The position numbers were made by a program, and so were the translations under genes. Positions 1-10,744 of a stretch of 64,000 nucleotides of DNA are shown here, piece by piece. The notes beneath the pieces were generated by a model, which saw nothing but the letters and a program-made list of their open reading frames with translations, had not been told where the DNA came from and did no database searches. Each line of letters opens with the position of its first letter. The stretch's first letter is position 1. Origin of the DNA: a virus; the IMG/VR virus record IMGVR_UViG_3300028840_004184, positions 32,001-96,000 of that record; one strand, given 5' to 3'.

Positions 1-4
1 TTTT

Positions 5-280
5 ATGGAGTATAAACCAAAAATAGTTATTATAGAGGTTAATTCTAATCATATGCCGGATGTAGAAATTATTAATGTTTTGCAAGATTTACGTGGTGAT
101 ACGTGGCGGTGTACTTCGTTGAAGCCAATGGTTGCTTTGGCTAATGAAAAGGGGTATGAATTAGTTGCTCATATATCTTGTAATGCTATTTTTGTTGACA
201 GGTCTTTATATCACTTAGTAGGTCTAGAGTCTAATTGTATTGAGGATATATATCATTATGAAATGGTGAGGCATAGATGA
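5..280 (+). CDS. C-terminal part of FkbM-like SAM methyltransferase (probably truncated by window edge)
   Basis: PKIVIIEVN...GYELVAH...NAIFV pattern typical of FkbM-family C-termini; next to other glycan-modifying genes. Confidence 0.5.
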   Translation: MEYKPKIVIIEVNSNHMPDVEIINVLQDLRGDTWRCTSLKPMVALANEKGYELVAHISCNAIFVDRSLYHLVGLESNCIEDIYHYEMVRHR

Positions 281-996
281 AATTAACTGATTTACTTGAT
301 ATATACAAAAGATTTGGTAACCATGGATTAGTTTCAAAACTAGAATATGAATTTACTACTGATGCCGACTTAGTAGCCTGGCGTAAATATTTTGAAAAGA
401 TCGGCGGCTTTGCCCAAAATTCATGGTATGTTATGTGGGACGCTATTATCAAGAAGATTACTATAGAAAATTTTCTTGATCTTGGTGTACATGTTGGTCA
501 ATTTAGTATATTGCCTGCTCTTCTTGGCAAGCGGCATGATAAAGAGTTTAATATCCATATGGTAAGCCCATTTAACGGAGTGGGTGATAAATATAGTAGT
601 TATGAACAGAAGGATTATGGAGAAGTTTTCTTACAAGCCATGGCAGACATGATGATTGACTCATGTAGTTTCGTAATGCATAAAGGGATGTCCCAAGACC
701 CAAAAGTTAAAGACGAGGTTAAAGATACAAGATTCGACTTAATGTATATCGATGGTTCTCACGATTATGAGGTGGTTACCCAGGATATAGATTTTTATGT
801 TATGGAGCTTCTTAAACCTAATGGTATTGTGATATTTGATGATGCACAATTTTATATACCATCTGGCGGCCATCCGTGGGAGAGACAGGGGTATGGTGAT
901 GTAGTGAGGGCCGTTAGAGAAAAAATGGATAATCATCCTGATTTTATGCATCTTTGTGATGTTACGCATAATAGAATATTTCAGAGGTTGAGATGA
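277..996 (+). CDS. class I SAM-dependent methyltransferase (Methyltransf_24-like)
   Basis: FLDLGVHVG motif I; FDLMYIDGSHDYE; LKPNGIVIFDD. Confidence 0.8.
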   Translation: MKLTDLLDIYKRFGNHGLVSKLEYEFTTDADLVAWRKYFEKIGGFAQNSWYVMWDAIIKKITIENFLDLGVHVGQFSILPALLGKRHDKEFNIHMVSPFNGVGDKYSSYEQKDYGEVFLQAMADMMIDSCSFVMHKGMSQDPKVKDEVKDTRFDLMYIDGSHDYEVVTQDIDFYVMELLKPNGIVIFDDAQFYIPSGGHPWERQGYGDVVRAVREKMDNHPDFMHLCDVTHNRIFQRLR

Positions 997-1832
997 ATTT
1001 AAATAGTGTATGCGTTTTGCTTGGTCCATACAGGAATTTGACTACTCTTTTATCAAGCATGATGTTTCTTCATCCTAATTGTCAGGTTTTAAATCATGCT
1101 GGTGATCGTGTATATCAACCTAGTGTTGGGGAAGATGTTAATTTTATTGATAGATATTCAGAAGAGACGCTAGATAATTTTGTTGATTATGCTTTACGTA
1201 TATCAAGGGAGCCAACTAGTGGTTGGCGTGGCGGATCTATTACAGTTTCTCATGCCTTTATTTTCCATCCTAAAATGGTGAAAACATATAATAATAGATA
1301 TGGGTCTTCGTTAATAAAATCCGACATTCGTTGTTTGTGGTGGAAGGAGTCTATGAAGACGACTCTTAAGCTAATGCATGATGATTTTGACTTTGATTTA
1401 TTTTTGAAGAAATCAGATCCTCGTGTTAAATTTTTGTTACCCATTCGTAACCCCATGGATTGTGCGATATCTAATTCAAATAATGGTCAGATGTGGCCTA
1501 TGTTATCCCCATCACGTTCTGAGCAAGCTATTTTGAATAAGATTGTGGAAATTATCAAATGGTTTACAGAGTGGCGTACAAGGTATCCTGATAGATTTTT
1601 TTATATTACTGAATATGATCTTGAGAATATGTTGAGTGGGACGTTATTTGATGTTGCTAATTTCTTGAAGATAGACTATGTAGATGAGTGGGTTGATGAT
1701 GTAAGGACGGTTTGTGAATTAAAAACAACTTATCCACATCCTGACGGTCTACAGAAGCATTATGATCTTTTGTTAAATACGTACTTTGGTAATTTTGCTG
1801 ATTTTAAACATAAATTATCGTTAATGAGGTGA
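993..1832 (+). CDS. sulfotransferase-like protein
   Basis: N-terminal LLGPYRNLTTLL...LHPN (5'-PSB-like loop) and IRNPMDCAIS (3'-PB motif). Confidence 0.65.
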   Translation: MNLNSVCVLLGPYRNLTTLLSSMMFLHPNCQVLNHAGDRVYQPSVGEDVNFIDRYSEETLDNFVDYALRISREPTSGWRGGSITVSHAFIFHPKMVKTYNNRYGSSLIKSDIRCLWWKESMKTTLKLMHDDFDFDLFLKKSDPRVKFLLPIRNPMDCAISNSNNGQMWPMLSPSRSEQAILNKIVEIIKWFTEWRTRYPDRFFYITEYDLENMLSGTLFDVANFLKIDYVDEWVDDVRTVCELKTTYPHPDGLQKHYDLLLNTYFGNFADFKHKLSLMR

Positions 1833-1841
1833 TTATTTAAA

Positions 1842-2156
1842 ATGCCTTTTTATGATTACAGATGTAATAAATGCGAAGAGATTACGGAATGTTTTTTTGA
1901 TGAGATAAAGAAGCGTCGTGATAAAATAAAGTGTGGCAATTGTGGCGAGGACGCTAAGCGTATTTATACTATTGCTGCTGGTTATGTTAAAAAGAATCGC
2001 GTTGGCGATATTTGGGACAAAAAGGGCATCGGCCCAGTTTCTGAAGGAAATTCCAAAGCCAAACAAGCTAACATGGAGCGTGTTGAAAAAATGCGTAAGG
2101 ATAAAGAGTCGAGAATTGACATGGCACGAGAAAAAAGAAAAAGGGGGGATTTATAA
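1842..2156 (+). CDS. FmdB-family zinc-ribbon protein
   Basis: MPFYDYRCNKC...CGNCG signature. Confidence 0.75.
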   Translation: MPFYDYRCNKCEEITECFFDEIKKRRDKIKCGNCGEDAKRIYTIAAGYVKKNRVGDIWDKKGIGPVSEGNSKAKQANMERVEKMRKDKESRIDMAREKRKRGDL

Positions 2157-2157
2157 G

Positions 2158-5100
2158 ATGTCCTTTTGTCACCTACATGTTCATTCTGACGCATCGCTTC
2201 TTGATGGTATGTCTAAAGTAAAAGATATAGCCAAAAAGGCCAAGAAGCTTGGTCAACCCGCCGTGGCATTAACTGATCATGGCAATATATATAATGCCAT
2301 TGCATTTTACCAGGCTTGTAAAAAAGAAGATGTTAAGCCTATACTTGGTTGCGAATTTTATTTTGTTCCCAGTATAAAGCGTATGAAGGAAGAAAAAAAT
2401 AGAACCGCTTATCATTTAACTGTGTTGGCTGAAAATAATAAGGGGTGGAGTAACATAGTCAGGATGATTTCTGCTTCTAATCATCCGGATAATTTTTACC
2501 ATAAACCAAGAATAGATTATGATATACTTGAGCAACATTCTGATGGCCTTATTGTGTTGACCGGATGTATGGGCGGTATGATATCTAAGTCGTTAATGAA
2601 TGATGACCAAGACCAGGCTATCGATTTTGTCAAGCGAATGCGTGATATGTTCGGTAATAGATTATATTTTGAAACACAAAATGCTGGTTTGGAAGAACAA
2701 GATAGCTTAAACGAGGCAATTCGTGCCCTAGCTAAAGAAGTGGGTAGACCTACTGTGGCTACGGTTGATTCGCATTATGTGAATCGAGAGGATGCCATGA
2801 CTCATATAGAGTTGAAAACTATTTCTACTGGCAGGGATTTTGTAATGAGTGGTGGCTTTGGGGTATCTAGTGAATTCTTTTTTAAGGCAAGAGAAGAAGT
2901 ACAATTGCCAGATAAAGAAAAAGATATGACGCTTGATATTGCTGAAAGGTGTAATGTTACTATAGACTTAAAAAAACAAAGATTTCCATCTTATAGACCA
3001 AGAGAAGGTGAGATGGACGGTATTGACACACATGATATACTTTTAAGAAAGAAACTAACGGATGGATGGCAGCAACGACTAACTAAGGAGCAACGTGCTG
3101 ATGTTACATATACGATGCGAGCCCAACAAGAGTTTAAAGAAATCGCGGCTGCTGGTTTTGTAGACTATTTTTTAATTGTGGCAGATATCGTTAATTGGGC
3201 TAAGGAGAATGGCATTTGGGTAGGTCCCTCTAGAGGATCTGTCGCCGGTTCGCTTCTTGCATATTTACTGAATATAACTGATGTGGACCCCATCAAACAT
3301 GGCTTGATTTTTGAGAGATTTTACAATAGTGGGCGTTCTCACAGTGCTCCTGATATTGATACGGATATTGAGCTAAGGTATCGCAAGGATGTGATTAGGT
3401 ATATCGGGGAAAGATTCGGATATGATCAAGTAGCTCAGCTTATGACACTTAATACGATGGCGGCCAGGGCGGCCCTTAAGGATGTTATGAGGGTTAATAA
3501 CGTAGACTTTGAGACAGCAAACGAAATAACAAGTCTTATTCCGTTGAAAAACGATGAGCACGGTACTATTACGCTTAAGGAGGCTATAGAAAAAAATGAC
3601 CGTTTAAAAACATATAGCGAAAATCCGGAATACGAGATGTGTTTCAAACATGCTAAGGCCATAGAGGGTGTTGCTAAGTCGGTTGGTACTCATGCTGCTG
3701 CGGTTATTATTAGTGATAAACCGTTTTCTGATGGTGAGTTGCCGCTTGTTAGATCTCCAGATGGACAGAATTTGATGTGTGGTTGGCCGATGAAGACTAT
3801 TGATGCTTTGAATATTTTGAAGTGTGATATCTTGGGGTTAGCTACGCTTGAAGTCCTTCATCGCTGTTGTGATTTTATTAAAGAGCGTCATAATGTTGTA
3901 ATTGATTTTGACAACTTGGATTATGGAGATGATAAAACATACGGATTGATATGTCGGGGGTTATTGGATGGTGTGTTCCAGATTGAAACTCATTTGGGGA
4001 AAAAGTGGTCTAAGCTTTTGATGCCCACCTCGTTGTCGGATATTGCCGATTTATTGGCATTAATCAGGCCGGGGTGTCTTGATACCAATATGACTGATGA
4101 ATATCGTCTTATTAAGCATGGAGAGAAGCAGGCTGCATATATCCATCCGTTCCTGAAGCCCATTTTGGAGCCTACGCATAGCGTTCTTATTTTTCAGGAG
4201 CAGATCCTTGAAATATGTAAAAAGATAGCTAATATGACCCTTAAGGAGGGGGATGAGATTCGGCGTTGTTTGGGTAAAAAACTACCCGATGAAATGCGTA
4301 GCTGGAAAGATAAATTTATTACGAAGGCTGTTGAGCATACTGATATGCGGCTGGATGATGTTGAATCTATCTGGTCGTGGATTGAGGCGTTTGCTGGTTA
4401 TGGTTTTAATCGTTCTCATGCTTTGGGTTATGCTATTATCGCTTATCGTACAGCTTATTTGAAGGCTCATTATCCTTTGGAATTTATCTGTGCGTGTTTG
4501 ATTTGCTCGAAATATAATCAGAAGTCATTAGATGAAGTCAAGAGGTTTGTTAATGATGCTAAGTTATTTGGTATTAGGATATTACCTCCAGATATTTGTG
4601 CGAAGAATGTTGATTTTTCTATTGCGGATGATAATACTATCAGATTTGGTTTGTCGCATATTAAGAACCTGGGTGAGAGTGCGATTGGTAAAATTCTTGA
4701 TTCTAATGAAGCCGGGGATGATTTTTATCAATATATCATGAATTGTCCGTTGAATAAAAGGGCTGTGTTGGCACTCATGCATTCTGGAGCATTGGATTGT
4801 TTTGAGATCCCAAGAGATCGCATGGTTAATGAGTATACGCTGTATAAGAAGTTGAGTCCGATCCAACAAAAAAATTTAAAAAGTGTGTTTAAAAAAGGTG
4901 AGGATAGTGTTATTTCTATTACTCGAAAAATGTCATCCGAGGACGAGGTAGACAATTGGAAGTCTGTTGGGGTGAGACCACCAAATGTTAATGGTAGAAA
5001 GAAATTGCGGAAGTTAGTTTCAGAGTATGAGGGCATGGAGATTTTATCTGATGCCCAGATGGCCGAAAAAGAACGAGAAATACTTGGTATAGCTACTGTT

Positions 5101-5406
5101 CCTAGGATGATACCCGCTAAAAGTAAGGACACATGTCTGTCGGTCAAAATGCATCTTCCCCCCGGTACCGATAATGTTAAAATCTCGGGTTTTGTTTCTG
5201 ATGTTAAAATTGTACGTACAAAACAGCGTGGCGATCAAATGGCGTTTATAGCTTTGGAAGATTCTACGTATGCACTTGACGGTATTGTTGTTTTCCCTAA
5301 ATTATTCAATCGTGTGTCGTCGCTATTGAAGGTAGATAGACTAATTAATATTTCTGGTGTTCTGGATAATCATGGTACTTTATTGTGTAGAAAGATCGAG
5401 GCATGA
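2158..5406 (+). CDS. dnaE: DNA polymerase III alpha subunit
   Basis: PHP domain HLHVHS..SLLDG and TDHG; RGSVAGS; PDIDTD catalytic motif; GYGFNRSH; C-terminal OB fold. Start set at ATG 2158 (MSFCHLHVHS), not 1933. Confidence 0.97.
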   Translation: MSFCHLHVHSDASLLDGMSKVKDIAKKAKKLGQPAVALTDHGNIYNAIAFYQACKKEDVKPILGCEFYFVPSIKRMKEEKNRTAYHLTVLAENNKGWSNIVRMISASNHPDNFYHKPRIDYDILEQHSDGLIVLTGCMGGMISKSLMNDDQDQAIDFVKRMRDMFGNRLYFETQNAGLEEQDSLNEAIRALAKEVGRPTVATVDSHYVNREDAMTHIELKTISTGRDFVMSGGFGVSSEFFFKAREEVQLPDKEKDMTLDIAERCNVTIDLKKQRFPSYRPREGEMDGIDTHDILLRKKLTDGWQQRLTKEQRADVTYTMRAQQEFKEIAAAGFVDYFLIVADIVNWAKENGIWVGPSRGSVAGSLLAYLLNITDVDPIKHGLIFERFYNSGRSHSAPDIDTDIELRYRKDVIRYIGERFGYDQVAQLMTLNTMAARAALKDVMRVNNVDFETANEITSLIPLKNDEHGTITLKEAIEKNDRLKTYSENPEYEMCFKHAKAIEGVAKSVGTHAAAVIISDKPFSDGELPLVRSPDGQNLMCGWPMKTIDALNILKCDILGLATLEVLHRCCDFIKERHNVVIDFDNLDYGDDKTYGLICRGLLDGVFQIETHLGKKWSKLLMPTSLSDIADLLALIRPGCLDTNMTDEYRLIKHGEKQAAYIHPFLKPILEPTHSVLIFQEQILEICKKIANMTLKEGDEIRRCLGKKLPDEMRSWKDKFITKAVEHTDMRLDDVESIWSWIEAFAGYGFNRSHALGYAIIAYRTAYLKAHYPLEFICACLICSKYNQKSLDEVKRFVNDAKLFGIRILPPDICAKNVDFSIADDNTIRFGLSHIKNLGESAIGKILDSNEAGDDFYQYIMNCPLNKRAVLALMHSGALDCFEIPRDRMVNEYTLYKKLSPIQQKNLKSVFKKGEDSVISITRKMSSEDEVDNWKSVGVRPPNVNGRKKLRKLVSEYEGMEILSDAQMAEKEREILGIATVPRMIPAKSKDTCLSVKMHLPPGTDNVKISGFVSDVKIVRTKQRGDQMAFIALEDSTYALDGIVVFPKLFNRVSSLLKVDRLINISGVLDNHGTLLCRKIEA

Positions 5407-5909
5407 AGAAATTATCGGTTGTATGTAATTCATATAACAGTAGCGTGTTTTATAAGCATGATGATAATGTATTATGCGTGTTGCGTTGGACAATTAACGA
5501 GAATGAGCTTGCCGGTTTTGTTATTGATAGTCATAATTGTCTTGTAGATATATATGATAAGGATTTTTATCCATTAGATGATTCTGCGTTGTCGGCTTTT
5601 ATTATTAATATGGCCGATAGGATTAAGCTTGATCAGCAAATGGACACAGTTGAATATATTGATAGTGGTGGTGTTGCATCATACTTACCTATGTTTCTAC
5701 CTAATGAGATTAGGGATGAAGATATTAATGATTTACCTAGGTATCAAATAGGTGTATGTAAGGCCTGGGTGGCTTTTGTTAAGGAATTTAATTGTAGTCT
5801 TTATGAGGATTTTTTAAAATATTTGGATCAACAAGGTCTATTAGCTGGTTTTCTTGACCTTGTTACTGTTGAATTGTCTTCGTTGATGAAAGGAATAAAC
5901 AATGAGTGA
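5403..5909 (+). CDS. hypothetical protein
   Basis: 168-aa ORF overlapping dnaE stop and ssb start. Confidence 0.6.
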   Translation: MKKLSVVCNSYNSSVFYKHDDNVLCVLRWTINENELAGFVIDSHNCLVDIYDKDFYPLDDSALSAFIINMADRIKLDQQMDTVEYIDSGGVASYLPMFLPNEIRDEDINDLPRYQIGVCKAWVAFVKEFNCSLYEDFLKYLDQQGLLAGFLDLVTVELSSLMKGINNE

Positions 5910-6321
5910 TTTTAGTGAAGTAACCGTTTGTGGTAGAATGGGCGAGCCTCAGTTTTTTGAGATTGGTGAGAAGAAGACTCCGAAGGCTGCGTTTAGTGTA
6001 GCCGTGAATAAATATCGTCCCAAGCAGGGTGGAGAGGGTTTCGATCAGAGAACCATATGGGTTCCTTGTGTCGCCTGGGCTCGTGTAGCCAGCCAAATTA
6101 AGCAAAATGGTGGTAAAGGCGTTACCATTATGGCTTCTGGTGAGTTTGAAGTTGAGGAGTATCAGGACAAGGAGGGCAACCCAAAGAAATCGCAATTTGT
6201 GCGTTTGCGTTCTGTCAAATTGTTTGATTTTAAGTCTGGTAATTCTGAAGCCGCTTCTCAAAATACTTCTCAAAATACCAATAACAATAGTGGTTTCCAG
6301 CCATCTGGACCTTTTGGATAA
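5902..6321 (+). CDS. ssb: single-stranded DNA-binding protein
   Basis: SSB OB-fold pattern (VCGRMG..P, FSVAVN, WVPCVAW, G.FEVEEYQDKEG) and low-complexity tail ending PFG. Confidence 0.9.
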   Translation: MSDFSEVTVCGRMGEPQFFEIGEKKTPKAAFSVAVNKYRPKQGGEGFDQRTIWVPCVAWARVASQIKQNGGKGVTIMASGEFEVEEYQDKEGNPKKSQFVRLRSVKLFDFKSGNSEAASQNTSQNTNNNSGFQPSGPFG

Positions 6322-6333
6322 TGGAGAAAAATA

Positions 6334-8199
6334 GTGTCGGATAAATATAAGAAAAGAATTCTGTTTTGTGGTGAGGCATCTTTTCTGAATACAGGATTTT
6401 CTACTTATTATCGAGAACTGCTTCCCCGTCTAGCAAAGACGGGGAAGTATGAAATTGCCGAAATGGGGTCGTATGCTAATCAGGCCGATCCTCGTATTTA
6501 CGATTTTATTCGTAATAGGTGGACGTTTTATGGTGTTGAGGCTATCCCGACGCCCAATCGTGATTCGTCTGACGAATTGGCATATCGAGATCCTCAAAAT
6601 CAGAGCCCTCGTGCTCCTGGGCAAAATACTTGTCAGTTTGGTGATTACAGGTTCCAGTATGCTTGTGCTGATTTCAAGCCGGATATTGTCGTAGATATTC
6701 GTGATTGGTGGATGCTGGAGTATATCGAAAGATCTGCTTTCCGTCCTTATTTCAAATGGATAGCTATGCCAACCGTTGATGCTGAACCGCAGCGAGAAGA
6801 ATGGATTGCTACTTATCGCACAGCCAATTTATGTCTTGCATATTCTGATTTTGGTGTTCACGTATTAAAGTCTTATCCTGGTGTGAAAGTCTGGAATAAG
6901 CCTACTAGACCTGGTGTTGATCTGGATGTATTCCATCCCATGGATCAAAAAGAACTGAAGAAAGATTGGCTTGGGTGCCAGGATGATGTCAGGGTTATTT
7001 TAATGGTTGCACGTAATCAAAGTAGAAAGCTGTTTCCTGATGCCTTAAATGCCTTTGCTTTAATGAAAGAAAAATACAAGGGTGTTCGTGCTGTTGATAA
7101 GGCAGTATTTGTTGTACATAGTTCTTGGCCTGATAATCAGCATTCTTATGATTACCCTCGACATATTGCAAGAATGCATACTGGGCATTATGGTCTTGAA
7201 TATTATAATATGCCGACTAAATCTAAAAAACAGAGCAAGAAGAAGCCTAAGGGCGGGATTATGCATGATGTTTTCCAGACATATATGTGTCGTAAATGCA
7301 ATCATGTTTTTCTTGGCTGGGCTATTCATTTGTATGATAAGCCCGTTGAGTATCGTGTTCCTAATGAAGCGGGTAAGATTTATATACAATGTCAAAAGTG
7401 TGGTGAAAATTGGGCCACTACCCCAGACACATCTCGTGGATATGATCGCGAACAATTAGCTCGTTTATATGCTATGGCTGATATGTTTGTGCAGGTCACA
7501 ATCTGTGAGGGGGACGGCATGCCTATTCAAGAAGCTAAGGCCTGTGGTTGTCCCACGCTAGTTGTTGATTATTCTGCTATGGCCGAAAAGGGCCGTTTTC
7601 ATGATGAGTATGTGCATTTCAAGGACAAAGATTTTAATAAGGACGAGTATACCGTCCATCATGGGGGGGCGGCCATCCCTGTGGAAAGGTTTTATTATGA
7701 GCCCGAAACTTCATGCAAAAGGGCTCTTCCGGACACATCTGAGTTAGCAGACCAGATGTATGAATTATTGACTGATGATAAGAAGCGTAATAAGATGCGT
7801 GTTGATGCACGCAGGTGTGTTGAAGAAAACTATGATTGGGATAAGCTTGTTCAGGAATGGGAATATGTTTTGGATAACATGGACATTCTTGATCGTTCTA
7901 CCACATGGGATAAGACTCATAAAATAGTGGAAACAAGGAAGGCTGGGGATATCCCCGAGGGACTTAACGATAGTGAGTTTATTGATCATTTATATTTAAA
8001 GGTTCTTAAATACCCTAAGGTGGATGATGCTGGTAAACAACATTGGTTAGCTGCCCTGGAGGCGGGAGAGAGTCGTGAGGCAGTTTGTCGTGCTTTTGAA
8101 CAGGTGATTGGGCAGGAGGTTAAACATCAGAATGCGGTTAATGCACTGCTTGCCACACCCGAAAAAGATCCTAATAAGCTTGATGGAGAGATGATATAA
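6334..8199 (+). CDS. GT-B (GT4-like) glycosyltransferase with Zn-ribbon insert and C-terminal DUF4214-like domain
   Basis: TGFSTY N-terminus, VARNQSRK, EGDGMPIQEAKACGCP; CRKC...CQKC insert. Confidence 0.85.
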   Translation: MSDKYKKRILFCGEASFLNTGFSTYYRELLPRLAKTGKYEIAEMGSYANQADPRIYDFIRNRWTFYGVEAIPTPNRDSSDELAYRDPQNQSPRAPGQNTCQFGDYRFQYACADFKPDIVVDIRDWWMLEYIERSAFRPYFKWIAMPTVDAEPQREEWIATYRTANLCLAYSDFGVHVLKSYPGVKVWNKPTRPGVDLDVFHPMDQKELKKDWLGCQDDVRVILMVARNQSRKLFPDALNAFALMKEKYKGVRAVDKAVFVVHSSWPDNQHSYDYPRHIARMHTGHYGLEYYNMPTKSKKQSKKKPKGGIMHDVFQTYMCRKCNHVFLGWAIHLYDKPVEYRVPNEAGKIYIQCQKCGENWATTPDTSRGYDREQLARLYAMADMFVQVTICEGDGMPIQEAKACGCPTLVVDYSAMAEKGRFHDEYVHFKDKDFNKDEYTVHHGGAAIPVERFYYEPETSCKRALPDTSELADQMYELLTDDKKRNKMRVDARRCVEENYDWDKLVQEWEYVLDNMDILDRSTTWDKTHKIVETRKAGDIPEGLNDSEFIDHLYLKVLKYPKVDDAGKQHWLAALEAGESREAVCRAFEQVIGQEVKHQNAVNALLATPEKDPNKLDGEMI

Positions 8200-9389
8200 T
8201 GAAGATTTTGATTGTTGGTCCGCTTAAGGATTTTTCAGGCTATGCACATTTGGCTCGTAATATGGCGTCGGCTCTTCATATGAATAAGGTCGATGTCGCT
8301 ATGCGTCATGTGAAGTACGATGATTATGAATATATACCTAGTGTTGAAGAACTAGATATGTTTAAGAAACCTATGGATGAGTGTGATATTGTTTGGCAGT
8401 GGACAACTCCGAATGAGATTAGGTACATTCCTGGTAAAATGAATATAGCTACTTTGTTTTGGGAAACCACACGCATTCCTAGGTATTGGGTTGAACAATT
8501 GAATTTGATGGATTTAATTATTGTCCCATGTAACTTCAATGCCACGGTTCTTAGTCGATGTGGTGTGACAAAACCTATATGTACTGCCAATCCGTTGTTT
8601 GATATTAGTATTTATAATCAGCAGTATGACAGGTTTGAAATTCCTAATGCAGGTGATAGGACCATATACTATAATATTTGTCAGTTTAATGCTAAGAAGG
8701 GTCTTGATGCTTTACTAAGATCATATTTTCGGGCTTTTTACGATATACCTGAAGAAACATTATTGGTGTTGAAAACTTATATTAGTATGGTGAATCGTAA
8801 TGGTGAGATAGATCGTGTACGTGGTTTTATTGATAATGTTAAGAAGCGTATGCGTTTACCACAATATCCGCCCGTTTATGTTATCACTAATATATTAGAT
8901 GACAAAGGCGTATATAGACTACATACTACTGGTGACGTTTATGTGTGTCCGAGTCGTGGCGAAGGTTGGGGTATTCCGCCTTTTGAGGCGATGGCAATGG
9001 GTTCCCACCTTATAACTAATAATTGGGGTGGTTTGGGTGAGTTTGTCCATGAGAATAATGCGATTCTTTATCCCGGAGCCCAGTCTATTGTTTTTGATCA
9101 ACCACATCCCGATCCTAATCTTTACACTAGTGCAGAGGAATGGTTTGAGCCTAACGACTTTCATATGTCTGTGGCTATGCGAAATGTACATGAGTGTATC
9201 AGAGGGAGGGGGCAGAAAGATTTTGTTGATAAGCTTAACGGACTCAAAACAAGAGCAAAGGCCGATATCCAGAATTATGATTTTCGAACCGCTGGTCCAA
9301 AGTTTATAGCTGAATTACGTAAACTTTATTCGTCATGGAAACAAAATGGTTGTATAGAGGTTGAACAAAATGAAGCTAATAAGGTTTAA
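8199..9389 (+). CDS. GT4-like glycosyltransferase
   Basis: SGYAHLAR, WETT, KKGLD, PSRGEGWGIPPFEAMAMG. Confidence 0.9.
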   Translation: MKILIVGPLKDFSGYAHLARNMASALHMNKVDVAMRHVKYDDYEYIPSVEELDMFKKPMDECDIVWQWTTPNEIRYIPGKMNIATLFWETTRIPRYWVEQLNLMDLIIVPCNFNATVLSRCGVTKPICTANPLFDISIYNQQYDRFEIPNAGDRTIYYNICQFNAKKGLDALLRSYFRAFYDIPEETLLVLKTYISMVNRNGEIDRVRGFIDNVKKRMRLPQYPPVYVITNILDDKGVYRLHTTGDVYVCPSRGEGWGIPPFEAMAMGSHLITNNWGGLGEFVHENNAILYPGAQSIVFDQPHPDPNLYTSAEEWFEPNDFHMSVAMRNVHECIRGRGQKDFVDKLNGLKTRAKADIQNYDFRTAGPKFIAELRKLYSSWKQNGCIEVEQNEANKV

Positions 9390-9702
9390 GTGTATTGTTT
9401 GTAAAAGTGAGTTTTATACTCTTCCTGATTATGTCGAAGAGATTCGTAAAAAAGATGATGATCCCATTTGCCCTTTTTGTGATCCTGAGCCGGGCAAGTC
9501 AATATCAAGGTGTTTTGAGGTCGGTGATGTTGAGTTTGATGATCGATCTAAGCTTGAGGCAGATGATATTGAAAATACTGTCGAATTTTTGAAGGAAGTT
9601 GAAAAAGAGATATCTGGGCAATTCGATCAAGCTTACCATAGAATAGAAAGACTAAAAAGACAAAAGGTTGAAGATAGCGGAGACACCAATGAGCCAGAAT
9701 AA
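9370..9702 (+). CDS. hypothetical zinc-finger protein
   Basis: CIVC...CPFC; GAGG RBS before ATG 9370. Confidence 0.6.
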   Translation: MKLIRFKCIVCKSEFYTLPDYVEEIRKKDDDPICPFCDPEPGKSISRCFEVGDVEFDDRSKLEADDIENTVEFLKEVEKEISGQFDQAYHRIERLKRQKVEDSGDTNEPE

Positions 9703-10732
9703 TCAAGGAGCTAACTATCGTGGTCAAATGGACGAAATAGCCGAGGTGCTTATGTGGCCGACTAAAATCGTTCAATGTATCCAGGTATTCAATGGGGAAG
9801 AATTCATAGAGTATGTGTTAAAATCTATATATAATGCCGTCGATCACATAAGGATTGTCGAGGGGGCTGTAAAAAATCAGGTTGGTGCTACCAAAGACGG
9901 TCATTCTACCGACAAAACTGTTGAAATTATTAAAAGATTTATAAAAGAGAGTGATCCGGGCAAAAAAGTCAGACTTATCCAGATTAAGAGACCGTATGAA
10001 AACCTGGAAGAAATGAAACAAACATTTCTTGATTATGCGGTTCCGGGTGAGTGGCTTTTGATTAATGATGTGGATGAATTTTATAGGGAAGAAGATATAC
10101 ATCTGTTAAGAAGGGCTATATATTATCAACCTCTTGCATCTGAGTTTGTTCCGTTATTTTTGCATTTTTATAGAGATTGTGTTCATATTGCTAAACCAGA
10201 ACATGAATGGCAGCCTCAACATCAAAGATTTTTCCGCTTTGTAAAAGGAATGAAATATAATGCTCATCCGATAGTGACTGATCATATGAATCATTGTACT
10301 TATTATGCTGTCCACTATCAGCATCGACGCTTTGTTGTGAAAGACTGGTATGTATGGCATTACGGGTATGCTCGTGAAAATATGGATAAAGTCATGATGG
10401 ACAAGAAGACTTATTACGAAAAAGAGCTTTCTAAGCATGCCGGGGCTGATAAGCCGTTCGATGAAAAAGCCAATCTCTTTTTGAATAGAGGTGAAGATCT
10501 TGGAGATTTTTTGTCTTACAATATCGCGTTACATCCCGAGGTATTAAAAAATCATCCGATGATGAAGTTTCGCGATGAGCAGTGGAGTGGGTTAATATTT
10601 GATCCATGGCACAAGGCTGAACCCTATTGTCTTGAGGAAATTCCTAATATATGGCTTTGGATGACTGGAGCTAATCCACGTATGCCTTTTTACAGTAATC
10701 AAATTACTTTGGACGAACTAAAAGAACTATAA
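9689..10732 (+). CDS. GT-A (GT2-like) glycosyltransferase
   Basis: VFNGEEFI, STDKT, NDVDE (DxD), HYGYAR. Confidence 0.8.
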   Translation: MSQNNQGANYRGQMDEIAEVLMWPTKIVQCIQVFNGEEFIEYVLKSIYNAVDHIRIVEGAVKNQVGATKDGHSTDKTVEIIKRFIKESDPGKKVRLIQIKRPYENLEEMKQTFLDYAVPGEWLLINDVDEFYREEDIHLLRRAIYYQPLASEFVPLFLHFYRDCVHIAKPEHEWQPQHQRFFRFVKGMKYNAHPIVTDHMNHCTYYAVHYQHRRFVVKDWYVWHYGYARENMDKVMMDKKTYYEKELSKHAGADKPFDEKANLFLNRGEDLGDFLSYNIALHPEVLKNHPMMKFRDEQWSGLIFDPWHKAEPYCLEEIPNIWLWMTGANPRMPFYSNQITLDELKEL

Positions 10733-10744
10733 GGAGACCGAGAT

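Noticed and set aside
1933-2157. 75-aa N-terminal extension of DnaE in the ORF track
   Set aside because: Overlaps the FmdB-like gene; the DnaE motif starts at ATG 2158
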